NCBI GenBank assembly: GCA_964252075.1
Contig: CAXULY010000006.1
Location: 1 to 64,000, forward strand
Direction: 5' to 3'
Length of the DNA stretch: 64,000 bases
Source of the DNA: an uncultured Deinococcaceae bacterium
GTDB taxonomy: Bacteria > Deinococcota > Deinococci > Deinococcales > Deinococcaceae
Shown: piece by piece, positions 37,670 to 46,635 of the stretch
Layout of the letters: every line of letters begins with the position of its first letter
Numbering within the stretch: position 1 is the stretch's first letter
Notes under the pieces: model-generated
The model's input: the letters and a program-made list of their open reading frames with translations, nothing else
The model's database searches: none
What the model was told of the DNA's origin: nothing
Program-made: the position numbers and the translations under genes

Positions 37670-39538
37670 ATGAACGGAAATCAGCACAGAACCGGCATCA
37701 CCCTGCTCAGCGCGGCCCTGCTAGCGGGCGCCCTCGTCGCCTGCGGCGGCGCCCAGACGGGCGGCACGCCCAGCGGCATCCAGCGCATCGAGGTGTCGCC
37801 CGCCACGGCGAGCGTCGCGGTGGGTGGCACCGTCACCCTGAACGCCACCGCGCGGGACGCGCAGGGGCAGGTCGTGCCGAACGTCGCCTTCAGCTGGAAG
37901 TCCAGCAGCGAGGCCGTCGCGAGCGTCGCGAACGGCGTTGTGCGGGGCGTCACATCCGGCAACGCGAGCGTCACCGCGTCGGCGGGCGGCGTGACCAGCG
38001 CGCCCGTCACGGTGAATGTCGCCCCGGCGGCGGACTTCGACCTGAGCCTCTCCACCGACAAACTGAGCGTCATCACCGGCGCGTCCGCCACCGTCACCGT
38101 GACGCTGAACCGCCACGCGGGCTTCACGCGCGCCGTGACCGTGAGCCTCACGGGCCTCCCCGCCGGGGCGAGCGCGGCGGGCGTCAGCATTCCCGAGGGG
38201 CAGTCCAGCGCGACCCTCACGGTGAGCGCCAGCGCGGGCGCCCCGCACTCGCAGCCCACGCCCGTCACCGTGACGGCCCGCGCGACGGACGCGACCGTGA
38301 CGCGCCCCCTGACCGTCACGGTGCGCGGCCCCGCGGGCAGCCTGGACACCACCTTCGGCGCGGCGGGCGTGAGCGTCCAGCCTGTGGGCATCGCGGACGA
38401 TTACGCGAACGCCATGCTGGTGCAGCCGGACGGCAAGGTGCTCGTGGCGGGCACGTCACCCGCCGCGCGCGGCAATGACTTCGCGGTGCTGCGCTTCGAC
38501 CGCGACGGCCAGCTCGACACGAGCTTCGGTCAGAACGGTCGGGCGCTCGTGGACTTCGCGGGCGGCAGCGACGCCGCCACCAGCCTCGCGCTGCAGCCCG
38601 ACGGGAAGATCATTGTGGCGGGCGAGGCGGGCGTGGACGGCCGCGCGGCCTTCGGCGCGGCGCGCCTCACCGCGGGCGGCGCCACGGACGGCAGCTTCGG
38701 CACGAACGGCAAGGCCACCGTCACCTTCGGGACCGCCGGGGACCGCGCGAACGCCGTGATCGTGCAGCCCGACGGGAAAATCGTGCTGGGCGGCGAGGCG
38801 AACATGGGCAGCGCCAGCGGCGTGGACTTTGCGCTCGCCCGCCTGAACGCGAACGGGCAGCCCGACGCGACCTTCTCGGGCGGCACCGTCACCACCGCCC
38901 TGAAGGCCGGGAACGCGACCGACACCATCCGCGCGCTGGCCCTCCAGGGCGACAAGATCATCGCGGTGGGCGGCGACGGCGACTTCGCGCTCGCCCGGTA
39001 CAGCGCGTCGGGCGCGCTGGACGCCAGCTTCGGCAGTGGCGGCACCGTCACGGGCGTGTTCGGCACGAACATCGGCAGCGCGAAGGCCGTCGTGGTGGAC
39101 GCCACGGGGCGCCTGCTGGTCGCGGGCAACAGCAACCAGGACACCGCCATCGCCGCGTTCAGCAAGGACGGCGCACTCGACCCCAGCTTCGGCAGCGCGG
39201 GCAAGACCGTGATCGCGCTCAGCGACAGCAACTGGGACGAAGCGACCGCCCTGGCCGTGCAGGCGGACGGCAAGCCCGTGCTGGGCGGCTGGGTGTACGA
39301 GGGCGGCAGCTCCAGCGGGAACTTCGCAGTGACGCGCCTCACCGCGAACGGGCAGCCCGACGCGGGCTTCGGCACGAACGGCACGACCATCACGCACGTC
39401 GCGCCCGGCACCAAGAGCGACGAGGCGCGCGCCTTGGCGCTCCAGCCGGACGAGCGCATCCCCGCGACGCGCATCCTGCTGGCCGGCCCACGCAACGACA
39501 GCAACTCCGACTTCGCCCTCACGCGCTACTGGCCCTGA
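37670..39538 (+). CDS. Lipoprotein with Ig-like (Big_2) domains and a delta-60/DUF5122 beta-propeller repeat region
   Basis: Lipobox LVAC; WKSSSEAVASV; repeated QPDGKI(I/V) and LDxSFGxxG units; AAGGAGG RBS. Confidence 0.88.
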   Translation: MNGNQHRTGITLLSAALLAGALVACGGAQTGGTPSGIQRIEVSPATASVAVGGTVTLNATARDAQGQVVPNVAFSWKSSSEAVASVANGVVRGVTSGNASVTASAGGVTSAPVTVNVAPAADFDLSLSTDKLSVITGASATVTVTLNRHAGFTRAVTVSLTGLPAGASAAGVSIPEGQSSATLTVSASAGAPHSQPTPVTVTARATDATVTRPLTVTVRGPAGSLDTTFGAAGVSVQPVGIADDYANAMLVQPDGKVLVAGTSPAARGNDFAVLRFDRDGQLDTSFGQNGRALVDFAGGSDAATSLALQPDGKIIVAGEAGVDGRAAFGAARLTAGGATDGSFGTNGKATVTFGTAGDRANAVIVQPDGKIVLGGEANMGSASGVDFALARLNANGQPDATFSGGTVTTALKAGNATDTIRALALQGDKIIAVGGDGDFALARYSASGALDASFGSGGTVTGVFGTNIGSAKAVVVDATGRLLVAGNSNQDTAIAAFSKDGALDPSFGSAGKTVIALSDSNWDEATALAVQADGKPVLGGWVYEGGSSSGNFAVTRLTANGQPDAGFGTNGTTITHVAPGTKSDEARALALQPDERIPATRILLAGPRNDSNSDFALTRYWP

Positions 39539-39548
39539 AGCGCTGCAC

Positions 39549-39582
39549 CGGGGGACGGCCGGCACCTTCCGGCCGTCCCCCG
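39549..39582 (+). terminator. 14-bp stem-loop after the delta-60 gene
   Basis: CGGGGGACGGCCGG-N6-CCGGCCGTCCCCCG; no U tract. Confidence 0.5.
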
Positions 39583-39714
39583 ACCCGACGAGCGCCAGTG
39601 CCCGTGGTCCCATCACCGTGCTGAACCCAGTTTAGGCGGCGCCCTGCGCGCCTTGAGGGGACCACGCGCGGTTTAGCCGCCGCTTCGGTGCGCGCCCGCC
39701 CCGCGGGACGCGGC

Positions 39715-39749
39715 CAATCAGGGCTCAATCATGGGGCGCCCGGTACGCT
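39715..39749 (+). promoter_or_regulatory. Direct-repeat promoter, copy 4
   Basis: CAATCA-GGGCT-CAATCA-N12-TACGCT. Confidence 0.75.
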
Positions 39750-39786
39750 CGCCGCACACTGCCCAGCGGTGTCGGAGGTCCACGAC

Positions 39787-40020
39787 ATGAACGAAGACGA
39801 CCGCGCCCCGGTGCACGGGGAACACGAGGTTTACCTGCTGCGCATCTGGTGCGAGTTCGACGGCCCACGGCCCGTCTGGCGCGGGTCGGTGCTGCACGAC
39901 CAGTCGCAACGGCGTTACTTCGCCACGCCCGAGGCGCTCCTGACGTTCCTGACGCAGCGCCTGCACGCCCGCCAGCCCACCAGCACCCAGGCGAACCCGC
40001 CCGCCACCCCCGACCCATAA
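39787..40020 (+). CDS. Small (77 aa) cytoplasmic protein, YLLRIWxE...WRGS...RRYF...EALLxFL type
   Basis: GGAGG RBS before ATG 39787; compact beta-beta-beta-alpha pattern. Confidence 0.7.
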   Translation: MNEDDRAPVHGEHEVYLLRIWCEFDGPRPVWRGSVLHDQSQRRYFATPEALLTFLTQRLHARQPTSTQANPPATPDP

Positions 40021-40168
40021 CCCCCCGCCGCCGGACCGATCACGGGCGGAACATGCGCGCCTCCCTCCCCTGAAGGCACAGGGAGAACGCGCCACCACAC
40101 GCCCCTGAACACCATCCAGTCGCCGCCGACCCACCCCACACGCCCCCACCCCTGAAGGAGGAACACCC

Positions 40169-40918
40169 ATGCGCACCCCCGTTCTCGCCGCCCTGCTCGC
40201 CCTCACGGCCGCCACCGCCAAGCCCGCACCCGGAAGCGTCCAGGGGCAGGTGCTCGACACGCACGGCAAGCCCCTGAGCGGCGCTCAAGTGTGGATCAAG
40301 CCCGTCGTGACCACCGGCGTCGCCGAGGCGCTCACGGACGAGCGCGGGCGGTACGAAGTCACGGGCCTCCCCCCGGTCGGGTACCGCGCGTACGCCTGGC
40401 TGCAGGTGCCGTACCAGGGCAAGACCTTCTGCTACCGCCTCGCCGAGCCCAGCGTCGCCGATTACAACCCCTTCAACCCGCGCGACGGACTGGTCCGCAA
40501 CTTCAGGTGGCAGCTGTCCGGCCGGATTCCCGGCGAGGAAGTCTACAGCGACCTCGGGTACTTCGGCGGGAGCCTCCCCCTGATGCCCGCCTTCGGGCAG
40601 CCGCGCGCCGCCACCGCGGACGACCAGATCGAACTGGCCCTCACCCCCGTGGGACCCCTCATTGACGGCAGCGCCGGCAAGGCCCTCACCGTCACGGCGC
40701 CCGCGCGCGGCATGGCGCTCGACGTGCCCATCGGCACGTACCGCGTCCGCGCCACCTTCATCGGCGCGAACGGGCGGCGCGAGCCCCTGCAGGTGTCCGC
40801 CCTGGACGGCGAGTACACCAGCGAGACGACCGTGCGCTTCAGGGCGTCCAGTGACATCTGCAAGGGCACCACCGGCGGCGCTCCGGGCCGCGCGTACGTG
40901 TACTGGCGGTTCCAGTGA
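40169..40918 (+). CDS. Exported protein with a carboxypeptidase-regulatory-like (prealbumin) domain
   Basis: Signal peptide; GQVLDTHGKPLSGAQV...TDERGRYEVTGLP; AAGGAGG RBS. Confidence 0.82.
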   Translation: MRTPVLAALLALTAATAKPAPGSVQGQVLDTHGKPLSGAQVWIKPVVTTGVAEALTDERGRYEVTGLPPVGYRAYAWLQVPYQGKTFCYRLAEPSVADYNPFNPRDGLVRNFRWQLSGRIPGEEVYSDLGYFGGSLPLMPAFGQPRAATADDQIELALTPVGPLIDGSAGKALTVTAPARGMALDVPIGTYRVRATFIGANGRREPLQVSALDGEYTSETTVRFRASSDICKGTTGGAPGRAYVYWRFQ

Positions 40919-41457
40919 AGCGCGCCGCCCACTTGGCCCGCTGGCTCCTGCCCGCGCTGGCGCTCGCGGCGCCCACGGCGTCCGCCACGCGCTCACCCGC
41001 GAACCTCGCGCCCTTCAACGCCGGGCACGTGTGCGTGGGCCGCGCGGACGTACAGGTCGGCGACCAGCCGAACGCGGCCCTCACGCAGACCGCGCAGGAC
41101 GCCCTCACGAAACTCGCCGCGTCCCTCCAGCTGAACGGCGCGAACCAGCCGTACACGGACTGCCCGGCGTGGCTGTTCTTCCAGGCGCGCGCACAGCGCG
41201 ACGCGGACGGGCACCTCGTGTACGCCTCGACCCTCAGCCTCATCGCCCCCGGCGTGCATGTGCAGTCCCTCGCCGACCTCAAGGGCGACGCCTTCCCGTA
41301 CGACGGTGACTTCGAGTACGTGAACCTGTGGAGCGAAACGGACGCGCACATGGCCTTCGACCTCGACAACCTGGCGTTCAGGCTCCGGGCGGACGTGGTG
41401 TCGGGCATGGACGCCTTCAGCGCCGACTGGAAACGCAGCCACCCACCCACCAGGTGA
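40915..41457 (+). CDS. Hypothetical exported protein
   Basis: Signal peptide; GTGA coupling to the upstream gene. Confidence 0.72.
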   Translation: MKRAAHLARWLLPALALAAPTASATRSPANLAPFNAGHVCVGRADVQVGDQPNAALTQTAQDALTKLAASLQLNGANQPYTDCPAWLFFQARAQRDADGHLVYASTLSLIAPGVHVQSLADLKGDAFPYDGDFEYVNLWSETDAHMAFDLDNLAFRLRADVVSGMDAFSADWKRSHPPTR

Positions 41458-41572
41458 CCGCCGCGGCCCAGGGGTCGAGGGGCAGGGAGGGCGCGCCACA
41501 GAGGGACGACCCCAGGGATGAAACGGCCCCGAGGCCGACGCGCCCCCTCCCCCACCCGCCTGATGCGGCGGC

Positions 41573-42370
41573 TCAGCGGTTCACTTCTGCGCTCAGCTCC
41601 AGCAGCGCATCGAAATCCAGTGCGGACAGCGCCGCCTGCACGCGCGCCTCGAAGTCGCGCGGTGCACCCGGCACGTTTCCCGCCACGCGCACGGCACCCT
41701 TCTCGTTGGTCAGCCACACGCCGCGCCGCGCGCACAGCGTCTGCACCATCGCCATGACCGCCTGGTACGCGCACCCCTGCAGCCAGTGCACGTCCCCACG
41801 CGCCCTGGCTTTCGCGGCGCCCGCCAGCCAGAAGTCCGCCTGCCACGCGTACTGCTGCTCCAGCGCCACGCCCAGGGCCCGCGGGTACGGCCCCAGGCGC
41901 GCCCTCAGCCGGGCCAGCGCGCCGCTCGGGTCGAGCAGCACCACCGCGAGGGCCAGCTCCGCCGCATAATGATGACCGTGAATGCCGTGCGGGTGCCCCA
42001 CCTGCGCGTGCAGGGCGACGCGCCCCGCGAGGGCGTCATCGACGCTCACCTCGACGCGCCTCACATCGCGGTAAATGAAGTCGACGCGCTGCCCGCGCAC
42101 CGTCAACCACGCGCCGCCGTCCACCCACGGTCCCCACCCACCGGTCGGCGTGGCCTGCGCCGCGCCCGCATCGTCAAGCTCGCGGCACAGCGCGTTCAGG
42201 CGCGCGATGTCGAGGGGCCGCGCGCCATCGTAGTACAGGCCCAGGTCGAGGTCCGAGTCGGGCCGCGCGGTGCCGCGCGCGCGTGAGCCGCCCAGGGCCA
42301 CCGCGACCACCCCCGGAATGGCGATGAGGCGCTCCGCCAGGAGCGCCTCAAGGTCCGGTTGGTCCGCCAT
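41573..42370 (-). CDS. Pol-beta-type nucleotidyltransferase with a DUF4037-like C-terminus
   Basis: LGGSRARG...DSDLDL, WGPWVDGGAWL, VDFIYRD, NEKG. Confidence 0.85.
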   Translation of the reverse strand: MADQPDLEALLAERLIAIPGVVAVALGGSRARGTARPDSDLDLGLYYDGARPLDIARLNALCRELDDAGAAQATPTGGWGPWVDGGAWLTVRGQRVDFIYRDVRRVEVSVDDALAGRVALHAQVGHPHGIHGHHYAAELALAVVLLDPSGALARLRARLGPYPRALGVALEQQYAWQADFWLAGAAKARARGDVHWLQGCAYQAVMAMVQTLCARRGVWLTNEKGAVRVAGNVPGAPRDFEARVQAALSALDFDALLELSAEVNR

Positions 42371-42727
42371 GTCTGCGGCCACGCTAACACATCGAATCCC
42401 CGCGCGTACCGGTAGGACCGCGTGCCAGAGCGCGGGAGCTTGGCGCGTGGAGTTCGCCCCCTCCGCAGACACACATGTGGCCCTGCCGCCTGGCGGCGAG
42501 GGCCTCCATGGGGTTTTGTAACGGCCGTCGCTGGTGAGCAGGTGCGGCTCCGGATCAGCGGTCCTTCCGAAGCGCTATAGAAGGAGCCCCATTTCCGGCA
42601 CCAATCATCCTGAAGCCTGAACTCCGCCGCTGGCCCGCACAGCTGGGCGTGGTCCTCATGGGTGGCGCACGCGTGCGGGCGCGGCGGTCGTGCGCCGACG
42701 TGCCGCGCCCGCGACTGGCCCGGCGCG

Positions 42728-43708
42728 TCAGGCGGGCGTGCCGTCCACCTCGATTCCGCGTGGGGCGGTGGGGGCAGCGGCGGCCCTCCACCCGGCCGCG
42801 ACTTCCTGCGCGTAGGTGGCGAAATCACGGGGCGGGCGTCCCAGCAGGTCCGTGGTCTGCTGCACGTCACGTGGCGACGTCTTGACCTTTACCTTGCCGA
42901 TCAGTCGGTAGCTCTTCTGGCAGTCGAGCGCCTTGCGCCCGCCGTACGCCTGGTCCAACAGGGCGTCCACAGCGGCGAGGTCGGGCGTGGCGGTGACGGG
43001 CCGGTTGAGCGCAGCGCTCCAGTGCGCGGCCGTCTGCTCGCCGCTCAGGGATTCCGGACCGACGAGGGCGTACTCTCCGGCGGGCACGGCGGGGTCCAGG
43101 AGCGCCCGCGCAGCCGCCTCGCCCACGTCGCGGGTGTCCACGCGCGGCACGAGGCCCAGCGGGAGGGGGTAGTGGCCCGCCAGGAGTTCCTCGCGGCACA
43201 CCTCGTCCATCTGGTAGTAGTTGCCGGGGATCAGCACCACCGCGCGGGTGCGGGAGGTGCGGATGCGTTCCGCGAGCCGCAGCTTCGGTCTGTAGTGCGG
43301 CATCATGAGGCCGAATAGCGCGCGCTGAACGAGCCGCGCCGCGCGGCTCCGCCCGCCCGCGTGCACGCCGGAGAAGACCAGCCGCACGCCCTCACGCTCA
43401 CAGGCGCGCACGACGTTCCGGGCGAACTGCTCCTCGGCCACGTCGTGAGGGGACACGTAGAACGCCGCGTGGACGCCACGGAACGCCCGCTCGATGGCGC
43501 GCGGGTCGTCCAGCGTGCCGACGGCGCGCTCCACGTGCGCGGGCAGGTGCCGCACCCGGTCGGCCGAGCGGACGAAGACGCGGACGCGCGCGCCGCGCGC
43601 CAGGAGGGCCTGCACGACCTGCGACCCGATGGCGCCCGTGGCACCCATTACGAGGATCGGTCGTTCCGGCAGCGGGAAAGAGGGGTGGGGGGACAGCAGG
43701 TGATTCAT
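42728..43708 (-). CDS. NmrA-like NAD(P)-binding protein
   Basis: GATGAIG, VDTRDVGEAAA, LLGRPPRDF; AAGGAG RBS. Confidence 0.88.
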   Translation of the reverse strand: MNHLLSPHPSFPLPERPILVMGATGAIGSQVVQALLARGARVRVFVRSADRVRHLPAHVERAVGTLDDPRAIERAFRGVHAAFYVSPHDVAEEQFARNVVRACEREGVRLVFSGVHAGGRSRAARLVQRALFGLMMPHYRPKLRLAERIRTSRTRAVVLIPGNYYQMDEVCREELLAGHYPLPLGLVPRVDTRDVGEAAARALLDPAVPAGEYALVGPESLSGEQTAAHWSAALNRPVTATPDLAAVDALLDQAYGGRKALDCQKSYRLIGKVKVKTSPRDVQQTTDLLGRPPRDFATYAQEVAAGWRAAAAPTAPRGIEVDGTPA

Positions 43709-43815
43709 GTGGGTGCTCCTTGTGGGGTGCGCCCCGCGGCGAAACGCGATGGGCGCCTGGGCTGGCGGTTAGGTGCTCCTTGGCGGTGTGGTCTGAAAGT
43801 CAGCCTTGGCGGTCC

Positions 43816-43902
43816 TCACGGGGGTTGCGCTTGGTGATGGACCGGGCGCGGGTCACGCGGACGCGTGCCTGGGGGCAACGCGGGGCTGGTGGGGGTGCTC
43901 AT
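43816..43902 (-). CDS. Putative 28-aa Pro-rich small ORF (leader peptide or gene remnant)
   Basis: Strong AAGGAGG RBS directly downstream of promoter copy 5; MSTPTSPALPPGTRPRDPRPVHHQAQPP. Confidence 0.4.
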   Translation of the reverse strand: MSTPTSPALPPGTRPRDPRPVHHQAQPP

Positions 43903-43946
43903 GGGTTTCTCCTCCTTCAGGGCGGCTGTTTGCCCTGCCTGGCCTG

Positions 43947-43981
43947 AAGGTAGAAGGTCGGGCCTGATTCGGGCATGATTG
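43947..43981 (-). promoter_or_regulatory. Direct-repeat promoter, copy 5
   Basis: Minus strand CAATCA-TGCCC-GAATCA-N12-TACCTT. Confidence 0.75.
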
Positions 43982-44088
43982 CGCCCGCCCTGCGCCGGGT
44001 GCGTCCAGACGCGCGCGGCGAGGCCCACCCGGTCGGGATGTGCGACGGGTGGTGGATGCACCGCACCGCGCGTGTCCGAGCCCCCTGG

Positions 44089-44123
44089 GGATCATGGGTT
44101 GATCACGGGCGCCTCGGTACGGT
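44089..44123 (+). promoter_or_regulatory. Direct-repeat promoter, copy 6
   Basis: GGATCA-TGGGT-TGATCA-N12-TACGGT. Confidence 0.68.
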
Positions 44124-44181
44124 GGGCGCACGTTCCGGCCAGAGCACACCGAGCGCCCGGCGGCACGCAAAGGAGTTTTAT

Positions 44182-44664
44182 ATGCCATGGTCACGTTTCG
44201 GATTGGTTCTGGGTCTCTCACTCGCCGCGTCGTGCGCTGCCGCCGGGTCCGCACTGCCGTCCGTGATGGTGGGGCGCTGGCTGTACGGCGCGCTGTCCAC
44301 GGTCGCGTACCATGACCCCAGCACGGACAGATGGATGGACGCGAGCGGCGCGAGTGAAATCGTGACGTACCGGTCGGACGGGCGGTACGAGCGCACGCGC
44401 GTGCTGTCGATGCGCTCGTTCAGCTGCGAGTCGAAGCTCTTCATCTACGAGAGGGGCGTCGTGAAGCTCGACGGTGGCCGCCTCACGTACCAGCCCAGCG
44501 AGGGCGTCAACAAGGGCTACACCTGCTCGCCCTCGAACAGCTGGAGCACCAGCACGATCAACGCGGAGACGTGGGCGCTCACCTTCGAGAAGGACGGCGG
44601 CAAGGACGTGATGGTCCTCAGCGATGGGAACGGCACCGCGCGGTACAGCCGTGACCCGCACTGA
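44182..44664 (+). CDS. Hypothetical exported beta-rich (lipocalin-like) protein
   Basis: AAGGAG RBS; signal peptide; VGRW and DGRY beta-barrel-like pattern; Cys pair. Confidence 0.72.
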   Translation: MPWSRFGLVLGLSLAASCAAAGSALPSVMVGRWLYGALSTVAYHDPSTDRWMDASGASEIVTYRSDGRYERTRVLSMRSFSCESKLFIYERGVVKLDGGRLTYQPSEGVNKGYTCSPSNSWSTSTINAETWALTFEKDGGKDVMVLSDGNGTARYSRDPH

Positions 44665-44805
44665 GCCCCTCCCATGCGGGCGCACGGGTGTCCGGCGCCA
44701 CCGCCCCATCTCAGGTGGGGCGACGCAGGAACGAAGCGGTGCGGCACCCGCCCCGGTGGGCCACCTGCGCGGTGGCCGTCACCCGCCCGGGTTTAAGATG
44801 CGCGG

Positions 44806-46620
44806 GTGAGTGACCACAGCGACTTCTCCCCGTACCTGAACGTCCGGTCCTCGTTTGGTGGCACCCTCCGCGCGGACGGGCAGCGCCTCGCGTTCCTGAA
44901 CAACACCAGCGGCACCGCGCAGGTCTGGACGGTGGACGCGCCGGGGCGCTGGCCGCAGCAGCGCACCTTCCACGCGAACCGCGTGACCTTCGTGAGTTAC
45001 GCGCCGCAGGGGCCGCAACTGCTGTTCGGGATGGATGAGGGCGGCAACGAGCAGGACCAGCTGTACCTCACGGACGACGACGGCCTCACCCTGCTGGCCC
45101 TCACGGATGACCCGCGCGTGAAGCACACCGCGGCGCGCTGGAGTCATGACGGCGCGCGCATCGCGTTCACGGCGACGCGCGAGAACCCCACAGACTTCAC
45201 GCCGTACGTGATGGACGTGCGCTCGCGCGACACCCGAGCGCTCTACGCCCTCGGCGGGTACAACAGCGTCGCGGCGTGGCTGCCGGGGGACGCGGCGGTC
45301 ATCGTGTGGCACGCCGACGGCCCGTTCGAGCACGCCCTGCACCGCGTGAATGTGGCGACGGGCGAGGCGCAGCGCCTCACGGACTCCGCCCGCCCCGCGC
45401 GGTATGAGGCCGTGCGCGCGCTGCCCGACGGGTCCGGCCTGCTGCTCCTCAGCGATCTCGACCGCGACTTTCTGAACGTCGCGCGGCTGGATTTCGCGTC
45501 GGGCGCGCTGACGTTCCTGTCGGACCGCCCGTGGGACGAGGAGGGCGTGGCCGTCACGGCGGACGGGCGGACGCTGGCGGTCAGCTGGAACGAGGAGGGC
45601 TTCTCGCACCTGGAGTGCCTGGACCTCGGCACGGGCGCGCGCCGACCGGTGTCGGGCCTCCCGGACGGCGTGCTGAGCGGCCCCACCCTCGGGCGGGACG
45701 GCGGGACGTTCCTCGTGACGGCCGAAGCGCCGAACGAAGCGATGAACGTCTGGGCGGTGGACGCGAGCGCCGCGACCGCCACGCGCTGGACGGACTCCAC
45801 GCTGGGCGGCGTGCCGCGCGCGGCGCTCGCGCAGCCTGAAGTGGTGCACTTTGAGGGCTTTGATGGGCTGCGCGTGCCCGCCCTGTACCTGCGCCCCACC
45901 GCGCGCGGGGACGGACCGCACGCGGTCGTGATGATCGTGCACGGCGGGCCGGAGTCGCAGAGCCGCCCCATCTTCAACCCCGTCGCGCAGTACCTCGTGG
46001 CGCAGGGCTACGCGGTGCTGCTCCCCAACGTGCGCGGCAGCACCGGGTACGGGAAGGCGTACTCGCACCTGGATGACGTGCGCCTGCGCATGAACAGCGT
46101 CGCGGACCTCCAGGCGGCGCACGCGTGGCTGGTGCGGGAGGGACGCGCGGACCCCGCGCGCATCGCGATCTACGGCGGGAGTTACGGGGGCTTCATGGTG
46201 CTGTCCGCGCTCACCACGTACCCGGAGTTGTGGGCGGCGGGCGTGGACCTGGTGGGCATCGCGAGTTTCGCGACGTTCCTGGAGCACACCAGCGCGTACC
46301 GGCGCCGCATGCGTGAAGCGGAGTACGGGAGCCTCGAACACGACCGCGCGTTCCTGCACGACATCTCGCCGCTCACGCACATTGACCGCATCACCGCGCC
46401 CCTGATGGTGATTCACGGCGCGAACGACCCGCGCGTGCCGGTCGGGGAGGCGGAGCAGGTGGTGGCGGCGCTGCAGGCGCGCGGCGTGCCCGTGGCGTAC
46501 CTGCGGTACCCGGACGAAGGTCACGGGCTGGTGAAACTGCACAACCGCCTGGACGCCTACCCGAAGGTCGCGGCGTTCCTGGCGGAGCACCTCGGGCGCG
46601 GCCCGCGGGGCGCCTCGTGA
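44806..46620 (+). CDS. S9 family peptidase (prolyl oligopeptidase / acylaminoacyl peptidase)
   Basis: Beta-propeller N-terminus; HGGP, NVRGSTGYG, GGSYGG, HGANDPRV, DEGH; leaderless -10 TAAGAT at 44794-44799. Confidence 0.93.
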   Translation: MSDHSDFSPYLNVRSSFGGTLRADGQRLAFLNNTSGTAQVWTVDAPGRWPQQRTFHANRVTFVSYAPQGPQLLFGMDEGGNEQDQLYLTDDDGLTLLALTDDPRVKHTAARWSHDGARIAFTATRENPTDFTPYVMDVRSRDTRALYALGGYNSVAAWLPGDAAVIVWHADGPFEHALHRVNVATGEAQRLTDSARPARYEAVRALPDGSGLLLLSDLDRDFLNVARLDFASGALTFLSDRPWDEEGVAVTADGRTLAVSWNEEGFSHLECLDLGTGARRPVSGLPDGVLSGPTLGRDGGTFLVTAEAPNEAMNVWAVDASAATATRWTDSTLGGVPRAALAQPEVVHFEGFDGLRVPALYLRPTARGDGPHAVVMIVHGGPESQSRPIFNPVAQYLVAQGYAVLLPNVRGSTGYGKAYSHLDDVRLRMNSVADLQAAHAWLVREGRADPARIAIYGGSYGGFMVLSALTTYPELWAAGVDLVGIASFATFLEHTSAYRRRMREAEYGSLEHDRAFLHDISPLTHIDRITAPLMVIHGANDPRVPVGEAEQVVAALQARGVPVAYLRYPDEGHGLVKLHNRLDAYPKVAAFLAEHLGRGPRGAS

Positions 46621-46635
46621 CGCGGCGGGCGCGGC

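Noticed and set aside
38330..39520. Repeated ~160-bp-period sequence (cagcccgacgg...)
   Set aside because: Protein-level delta-60 propeller repeats inside a CDS; not a CRISPR array or mobile repeat
40037..40071. Possible seventh direct-repeat promoter, CGATCA-N5-GGAACA-N12-TCCCCT
   Set aside because: The spacing fits but the second box and the -10 are degenerate (no TA); not counted, though it may be a decayed site
41573..42370. Nucleotidyltransferase as a toxin-antitoxin (MNT-HEPN) or CBASS component
   Set aside because: No adjacent HEPN, effector or Cap gene; it looks like a stand-alone DUF4037-type NTase
42602..42620. Single CAATCA box
   Set aside because: No second box at the 11-bp period and no -10 at the expected distance
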